Below, piece after piece: positions 33,701 through 38,224 of a DNA stretch of 38,224 bases. The stretch covers positions 1-38,224 of IMG/VR virus record IMGVR_UViG_3300042902_000101. One strand, given 5' to 3'. The first letter of the stretch is position 1. The number at the start of each line of letters is the position of its first letter. A program made the translations under genes and the position numbers. This DNA is from a virus. A model generated the notes under the pieces. The model worked only from the letters and a program-made list of their open reading frames with translations. It made no database searches and was not told the DNA's origin.

Positions 33701-34295
33701 ACTTGGGACCGTTCAAGGTTTATTTAAAGAAAATACCGCGGCTTTCAAAGTTATAGCGATAGCGCAAGCTACAATAGATACCTACAAAAGTGCGGTATCG
33801 GCATACGCTGCGGGTCTATCTATAGGGGGGCCAGCCGGTCTAGTAGCCGGTCCGGTTGCTGCGGGTGCTGCGGTTGCCGCGGGTCTTTTAAATGTCGCTA
33901 AAATATCCGGGGCCAAATTCCAACGCGGCGGGGTGGCTAGGGGTGCTTCGCATGCCCAGGGCGGAATACCTGGAATAGTGGCGGGGCAAACGCCTATAGA
34001 GTTCGAAGGCGGCGAAGCTATTATAAATAAAAAATCTACGGCAAAATATGCGGGTCTTTTATCCGAAATTAACCAGGACCAAGGGGGCGTAGCTTTTGCC
34101 GCTGGGGGGTTAATTGGGTCTTCGCTTCCTTCAATACAAAACCAAATAACGCAAGGGCTAAATACGGACGTCTTGGCCGAAGTTATAGGTTTGGCCGTAG
34201 AACGAGGTTCGGCAATAGGTACGGCGTCCGGTGCGGCTTCTGGAATAGCAGAACGAACAACAAATATAAATATAGAAAATGGGGCAAGCTTCTAA
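30711..34295 (+). CDS. Tape-measure-like protein
   Basis: 1194 aa with long coiled-coil stretches. There are three Gly/Ala-rich hydrophobic segments (for example FIATPLGAAIAAIVAIGATT and GLSIGGPAGLVAGPVAAGAAVAAGLL). These features are typical of tape-measure proteins. Confidence 0.65.
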   Translation: MANTEILARFDIDDSAIITKIANNKKEIGELKAANKDYISEYTKGLKDAQKEIKNQEASQKKLTDELKAGNITQSAYNQLIDDSNAQIKKAQFEVVELAKAYEVNSRAIAVNEEKVKALSTENRGLSTSYQAVIFAQNGLLQNYTSEGKSVQELREDNLKLIKIRNQLATATNGESEDIKKLNAIIDENTATIRANVSQDEKRILNIGNYREAFEGALASFKNGDFKGGLDQLREAGAGVGASLQGMVAQARAFIATPLGAAIAAIVAIGATTKFIFDFNEGLKESNLLLRSFGVSSQETSKVRSEIEATAKTFDKSFEEIAEKANSLSKAYGISMSEANTVIREGLATGGAQNEEFLDSLGEYDVFFQKAGFSAREFTNILNEGSTLGIYADKLPDAIKESGLALEEQTKTTRDALVNAFGASFTDDILKKVRTGEITTKDALSSIAAEAEKANLNQQQLAQLTADVFKGAGEDAGGALNVLKAISGAAKTELDAVAKSQLNLAKANEEYNKEQARLFEIEGFGTTWANIKTKALEFFTSALKYIGDFRDAIQPIINIVGVLLANAWAYLSGVVSTSFSVILGGFKILGNVISTFVNVVTALFSGDLKGALNALTQGFLNFGNIITTTFAKIKNTILGTLQDIVSNVAPILEVLGVDVDKLTKKLENFKTKIPESKDVNISGSVEETKVTKNVTKDSLSPEQIAASKKSLEDARKKIEEAKKAEQEALKEQLELAKNLVDEKIRLAGTELNNYILNNSSKLANEKVLSQALIEEEKTRLQTIADSRKKILDDELKAKQNNINQELEAEAIKSQSLSGTALENSNLYIETKRNELALLTSEYYGKDLQLKQETEAAKNSIDKLYSDQLAEQKQLTQALAYQEELITLEAKGATEFEIRSAQLDQQYEMEAQKYLDDIYNKFNLKIEADEENYTIQQELDLVKEELENQILVEKDANKLATLNNNLAQINQLEQKYAKNKEEITKASEAARLNSISSTLGTVQGLFKENTAAFKVIAIAQATIDTYKSAVSAYAAGLSIGGPAGLVAGPVAAGAAVAAGLLNVAKISGAKFQRGGVARGASHAQGGIPGIVAGQTPIEFEGGEAIINKKSTAKYAGLLSEINQDQGGVAFAAGGLIGSSLPSIQNQITQGLNTDVLAEVIGLAVERGSAIGTASGAASGIAERTTNINIENGASF

Positions 34296-34572
34296 AAGAA
34301 TAATTTCCGGAATTAAAAATATAGATAAGGTTTCCGAAGGGCTATTTAATTACAAAAACCCTTCGGAAAAAATCGAAGCTTTAGCTACCGAACGGGCTAA
34401 AATTTGCGTATCTTGCCCGAACTATAAAGACGAACCTATCAAACAATTGCAGCTAGACGACGAAATTAAAGTTTTATCTAAAAAAATGTGTACTTTGTGC
34501 GGTTGCGTCTTATCTTTAAAATTAAGGACTAGAATAATATCTACTAACCAATGCCCGCTAAAAAATGACTAA
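34279..34572 (+). CDS. Small Cys-rich (zinc-binding-like) protein
   Basis: 97 aa with CVSC...CTLCGC...C. Overlaps the tape-measure 3' end by 17 nt. Confidence 0.55.
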   Translation: MGQASKRIISGIKNIDKVSEGLFNYKNPSEKIEALATERAKICVSCPNYKDEPIKQLQLDDEIKVLSKKMCTLCGCVLSLKLRTRIISTNQCPLKND

Positions 34573-34837
34573 ATACGACTTTCTAAAAGATAAGCTAGTT
34601 TTATTAAAAGTATTTATTAATATTGGTTTGGTTTCGCCAAACATATATACCAACTTAAAAATAGTTGGTTTTTACCAGGCTTTAGGTGGTAAAAATAAAA
34701 TGTTAAACTACCAGACTACGGCGGACCATTTTAGACTACAACCCCGCCAAATAATGAATATTTTAAAAGAAATGCAAGAAACGGTAGATTTACCGCCAAA
34801 CTCTATTATAGAATCTTTTAAAATATCCCAGATTTAA
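34565..34837 (+). CDS. Hypothetical protein (possible HTH at the C-terminus)
   Basis: 90 aa. TADHFRLQPRQIMNILKEMQ is HTH-like but weak. Confidence 0.5.
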   Translation: MTKYDFLKDKLVLLKVFINIGLVSPNIYTNLKIVGFYQALGGKNKMLNYQTTADHFRLQPRQIMNILKEMQETVDLPPNSIIESFKISQI

Positions 34838-34840
34838 AAA

Positions 34841-34860
34841 TTTGTAATACCTATTACAAA
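34841..34860. promoter_or_regulatory. Inverted repeat TTTGTAATA-cc-TATTACAAA (operator- or terminator-like)
   Basis: 9-bp arms, 3 nt after the stop of 34565..34837 and 21 nt upstream of the next -7 box. Confidence 0.4.
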
Positions 34861-34881
34861 CGAAGTATTTAGGTTTTTATA

Positions 34882-34889
34882 TACTTTTA
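34882..34889 (+). promoter_or_regulatory. -7-like box TACTTTTA upstream of the protease/capsid genes
   Basis: Same box sequence as P1, 23 nt before ATG 34913. Confidence 0.45.
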
Positions 34890-34912
34890 CAAATATTATA
34901 AATATAAAATAA

Positions 34913-35986
34913 ATGTTTGACGTACAAATTTACGGCGAAATAGTCCCTTTTCAAGATTCTTGGATTTTAGAAAATGGCTATTTTAATTTATCGGCTTTAA
35001 ACGAACAACTAGCAAAAGCAGAAGGAAAACCTTTACTTGTAAGAATTAATTCTTACGGCGGCGACGTAGAAGAAGGTTTCGCTATTTATCAAGCCTTAAG
35101 AAGATACGCGACTGAAAACAAAGTCGAAATAACTACGCGATGCGACGGCCGATGCGCTTCTATTGCAACGGTTATTTTCTTGGCTGGGGATAAAAGAATC
35201 GTTAACGAATATATTAGCCCTTTCGTGCATAACGCTTGGACTTATGCCGTAGGCGATGCAAAAGAATTGCAAAGACTTTCTTCGGACCTGGAAGCGGTAA
35301 ATATCCAAATCGCTAACCATTACGCTTCGCATACGAATTTAACCGTAGAAGAAGCTAGGGAACTAATGGACGCGGAAACGGCTATTTCTTCCGAAGAATG
35401 TCTAAATATTAGGTTCGCTACTGAAATCGAAAAAGTAGATAAGCCTAAAGCCCTTTTAAAATTTAAAAACCAAATATCTAACAAAATGAGTAACAAGAAA
35501 AAAGCAAAAAGTATTTTCGCTAAAATTGAAGCTTTACTAGAAGGTAAATCCTTTAAAAACCTAGACGTCTTTACGGAAACGAACGACGTCCTAGATTTTT
35601 ACGAATTAGGCGAAGGGGACGTACCAAAAGTAGGCGACAAAGCGAAGTACAAGGAAGACCCAGCAGAAGGGACCTTCAAACTAGCAGACGCTAAAACGCA
35701 ATACAAATTCGAAGCGGGCGTACTAACTGAAATCGTAGAAGATTCTGGGGACGATGCAGCGGCGAAAGACGCGGAAATAGCAGATCTAAAAGCACAAATA
35801 GAAACTTTAAAAGGTTCTACTTCGGCTTCTGAAAAAGACCAAGAGATTAAAGCCTTAAAGGCGAAAATCCAATCGTTTAAAAATTTAAGTTCTGACTTCA
35901 AAGCAGCACTAGAAAACGACGGTAAATCTTCTGAAAAGAAGAAAAAAGAGAAAAAAGAATTTACTAACTTTAAATTTGTACGATAA
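34913..35986 (+). CDS. ClpP-family (S14) prohead protease fused to a scaffold-like C-terminal domain
   Basis: RINSYGGDVEEGFAIYQALR, GRCASIATVIFLAGDKR (Ser) and PFVHNAW (His). The C-terminal half is a charged coiled coil (AKDAEIADLKAQIETLK). Confidence 0.85.
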   Translation: MFDVQIYGEIVPFQDSWILENGYFNLSALNEQLAKAEGKPLLVRINSYGGDVEEGFAIYQALRRYATENKVEITTRCDGRCASIATVIFLAGDKRIVNEYISPFVHNAWTYAVGDAKELQRLSSDLEAVNIQIANHYASHTNLTVEEARELMDAETAISSEECLNIRFATEIEKVDKPKALLKFKNQISNKMSNKKKAKSIFAKIEALLEGKSFKNLDVFTETNDVLDFYELGEGDVPKVGDKAKYKEDPAEGTFKLADAKTQYKFEAGVLTEIVEDSGDDAAAKDAEIADLKAQIETLKGSTSASEKDQEIKALKAKIQSFKNLSSDFKAALENDGKSSEKKKKEKKEFTNFKFVR

Positions 35987-37086
35987 TGCCAGGATTTAAT
36001 TTCCCAGGTTTAGACGCGGTACTAACTGCGGCTAATACCATTTCGAAAGCAAGAAAAGCCAACATATCAGAAGTAGTTTTCCAAGAAATAATGGAAACTT
36101 CAGACTTCACTAGAGAACATTCGATAGCTACGGGAATCGAAAGTAACGATATGGTGCCAATTATGGAAAAGACCAAGCAATGGGGGTTCTTGAAAAAGAG
36201 CGATACCGCGGCTGGTTGTAATTACAACGAATGTACAATAGGCGATACCGCTTCTAATGTATTTTGGAACCCAACGAAATATGATTGCGAAATCATTATT
36301 TGTATGACTGACCCAGGATTTACAAGAGATTTTAGAGCCTTCTGGAATATCAATTGTGAAAAATACGATAACGATATAGATAACGTATTGATTGCGTATA
36401 TTGTTGATCGTGTTAAAGAACACCACAACGAGTCGTTATGGCGTATAGCTTACTTCGATTTCAAAACGAACGCAACGGCGGGTTACGCTGGAATAGACGG
36501 TCTATTCGTTCAATGGTTAGCAATTGCTACGCCAGCAAATACGGCCCAAAGGGTTGTAATTACAGAAAATGCGGAAACTACTTTCGTAGACCAATTAAAT
36601 TTAGCGGCCGATTCTGGTAAGAATTATTTAAAAGCAATGTACGACAAAATGCTTTTAAACTTTCCCCACATGATGTCGAAAGCTGGTTTAAAATTCGAAC
36701 TTACTCGCGAATTGGCGGTTAATTACTTGCACTGGTTGCAAGAAAACAAAGAAGTTAATTGTTGTTTCAATATGAACCACGACGGTACTACTTCTAGCGG
36801 CTATTCTTTAGTAAATTTGAACTACCTAGGTATTCCAATTATTATTAGGAATGAATGGTCGGATATTATCAAATTTTTGATAAATCCAGGCGATACGGCT
36901 TACGATAAACCACATAGAGGGGTTTTAACGTACGACGGTAATAAATCGGTCGGAACTTGCGACGAAAACCACTTAAAAGGGTTTAAAGTTATTTACGACG
37001 AAGTAACCGAAAAGTTACATATTCGCGCGAAAACTACGGTAGACGTAAAAGTCCCGCTAGAAAAAGATTTCATTTTAGCAATTTAA
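35986..37086 (+). CDS. Major capsid protein (HK97-fold expected)
   Basis: 366-aa ORF that starts in the TAATG overlap with the protease/scaffold gene, the canonical position for the capsid protein. Confidence 0.7.
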   Translation: MPGFNFPGLDAVLTAANTISKARKANISEVVFQEIMETSDFTREHSIATGIESNDMVPIMEKTKQWGFLKKSDTAAGCNYNECTIGDTASNVFWNPTKYDCEIIICMTDPGFTRDFRAFWNINCEKYDNDIDNVLIAYIVDRVKEHHNESLWRIAYFDFKTNATAGYAGIDGLFVQWLAIATPANTAQRVVITENAETTFVDQLNLAADSGKNYLKAMYDKMLLNFPHMMSKAGLKFELTRELAVNYLHWLQENKEVNCCFNMNHDGTTSSGYSLVNLNYLGIPIIIRNEWSDIIKFLINPGDTAYDKPHRGVLTYDGNKSVGTCDENHLKGFKVIYDEVTEKLHIRAKTTVDVKVPLEKDFILAI

Positions 37087-37104
37087 TTTTAATACAGAAA
37101 AGAT

Positions 37105-37707
37105 ATGCCAACTAGTACATGTGGTACAATTATAGATAATTTAGTCTATAATTGTACCGATAAATCGACCGGAGGACTTCAACAAGAAATTAAGCTTGTA
37201 AACTTATCTACTATTAAAGATAATTTAGCGGATTTTACCGTTTCGGATAGTTCAACCCAGCACACAATAACGGCTTTTGCCGGTACTGCGGCGAACTTAA
37301 ACGCGGTTGCAATTGAAGGAATCCCAAACAAGCAGCTTTTAAAAGCTGGCTTTGCTACGACGGAAACCGATTTCGGTACGTTCGTAACTCACAACGTAGA
37401 CTTATGGTCGCAAGCCGTAACCGAAAAGTCTATGCTTTTCCTAAAATCTTTAGTTAACGGCGCCGAAGTTGTCGCTTTTATTAGACAAAAATCGGGCGGA
37501 CCGACTGGCGAAGAAACTTATTGGGTTTATGGTTTTAGCAACGGCTTAAAATTAGGCGATGCGGCTTTTAACTCGGCGGAAAATAGCGGTTCTTTTATTA
37601 TACCGATTATTTCGAAGGAACCAGACCTAGAGCCTACGCTTCCTTATAGATTGTTGTTAACGGACGTTGCGACAACTAAAACTTTCTTCGATGCTTTAAC
37701 CGTCTAA
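37105..37707 (+). CDS. Putative major tail (tube) protein
   Basis: 200-aa beta-rich ORF after the capsid gene. Pattern ...HNVDLW...GAEVVAFIRQKSG...YWVYGFSNGLKLG is reminiscent of siphovirus tube proteins. Tentative. Confidence 0.45.
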   Translation: MPTSTCGTIIDNLVYNCTDKSTGGLQQEIKLVNLSTIKDNLADFTVSDSSTQHTITAFAGTAANLNAVAIEGIPNKQLLKAGFATTETDFGTFVTHNVDLWSQAVTEKSMLFLKSLVNGAEVVAFIRQKSGGPTGEETYWVYGFSNGLKLGDAAFNSAENSGSFIIPIISKEPDLEPTLPYRLLLTDVATTKTFFDALTV

Positions 37708-37716
37708 TCCTAGACC

Positions 37717-38224
37717 ATGACAAAGCACGAATTAGCAAACAAACAAAGCGCCGACGTTAGACACAACGGCGCAATGTTTGATTTGTTCCAAAAATTCCTA
37801 GTAGAAGATTGGGGTTCTGTCCCTTCTGGTTGCTTTGGTTGCGATTTTAATAAACATTTCGACAACTGGGCCAAGCCTTACCGGGAAAAAACCAAAATAA
37901 AAAATAAAAAAATAGAAATTATGGCAAAAGGTTATTTATTAGTAGACGATACGTATAAAACTTTTTTTAAAGGCGAAGTATTAAGCAAAAATAGTTCGGA
38001 CAAAGAATGGGCCGCGTTTGTTAACGACAACAAAGACCAAAAAGAAAGCAGAAAGAAATTATTTAGGCAATTGCCTTTTTCTTTAGATAAAGTTAATGCA
38101 GCAGCGGACAAAGCAGCAGCGGACAAAGCAGCAGCGGACAAAGCAGCAGCGGACAAAGCAGCAGCGGACAAAGCAGCAGCGGACAAAGCAGCAGCGGACA
38201 AAGCAGCAGCGGACAAAGCAGCAG
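37717..38224 (+). CDS. 5' portion of the (AAADK)n repeat protein gene; runs off the window end and continues at nt 1 (unique gene 37717..38097 + 1..198, 192 aa)
   Basis: ATG 37717 (MTKHELANKQ...SGCFGCDFNKHF...LPFSLDKVN), then AAADK x8. No stop before the window end. Absent from the ORF track because it is open-ended. Confidence 0.8.
   Translation, partial: MTKHELANKQSADVRHNGAMFDLFQKFLVEDWGSVPSGCFGCDFNKHFDNWAKPYREKTKIKNKKIEIMAKGYLLVDDTYKTFFKGEVLSKNSSDKEWAAFVNDNKDQKESRKKLFRQLPFSLDKVNAAADKAAADKAAADKAAADKAAADKAAADKAAADKAAADKAA
38098..38224 (+). repeat. 15-nt tandem repeat x8 plus 7 nt; exact duplicate of nt 1-127 (circular-assembly overlap)
   Basis: Base-by-base comparison of the two window ends. 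Confidence 0.95.

Noticed and set aside
37932-38216. Minus-strand 94-aa ORF (MSAAALSAAALSAAAL...)
   Set aside because: It is the reverse complement of the AAADK repeat. The + strand frame has a proper ATG (37717), continues in frame across the circular join to a TAA at 196-198, and matches the one-strand organisation of the genome.

Overview
The window is a complete, circularly closed genome of a tailed dsDNA phage. The last 127 nt (38098-38224) are identical to the first 127 nt, so the unique length is 38,097 bp, and one gene (37717..38097 joined to 1..198) runs across the artificial ends. The genome is AT-rich with about 60 tightly packed genes, and every credible gene is on the + strand. 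Start codons lack Shine-Dalgarno sequences, intergenic gaps carry TAnnTTT(G/A) -7 boxes, one protein has a Bacteroidota-style signal peptide, and the primase-helicase is of the VirE_N/VirE type. I infer a Bacteroidota (Flavobacteriia-like) host from these. Going round the circle: iteron-rich non-coding region A (5821-6110) comes first. It is followed by the early and replication genes: an XRE-like HTH protein, a Cas4-like PD-(D/E)XK nuclease, a DUF2815-type SSB, a tRNA-like transcription unit, family A DNA polymerase, VirE-type primase-helicase, VRR-NUC, SNF2 helicase, dCMP deaminase, HNH, a DEDDh exonuclease and many small ORFs. Paralogous non-coding region B (22607-22975) then precedes TerS, TerL, neck and tail-tip genes, a 1194-aa tape-measure-like protein, ClpP-type protease/scaffold, the major capsid protein, a possible tube protein and the (AAADK)n protein, which ends at a strong terminator. 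The last block is a putative portal, a collagen-like protein and a lysis cassette (holin, TIGR02594/CHAP-like peptidase). I recognise no integrase or repressor module, so the phage is probably virulent. The most interesting signals are these. (1) Two homologous GTAAACAA-iteron/AT-rich non-coding elements bracket the 16.8-kb early/replication module. (2) There is a family of long conserved promoters, including a 73-nt near-identical pair. (3) A self-contained promoter/tRNA-like/terminator unit has an AUA 'anticodon' and degenerate arms. (4) A perfect 15-nt tandem array encodes an (AAADK)n helix whose copy number the assembly cannot resolve. (5) The nuclease and the SSB share a DFGDD acidic tail. 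(6) There is a CpG-depleted two-gene island. (7) The phage encodes a predicted outer-membrane beta-barrel. All functional calls come from motifs read by eye. No database search was run.
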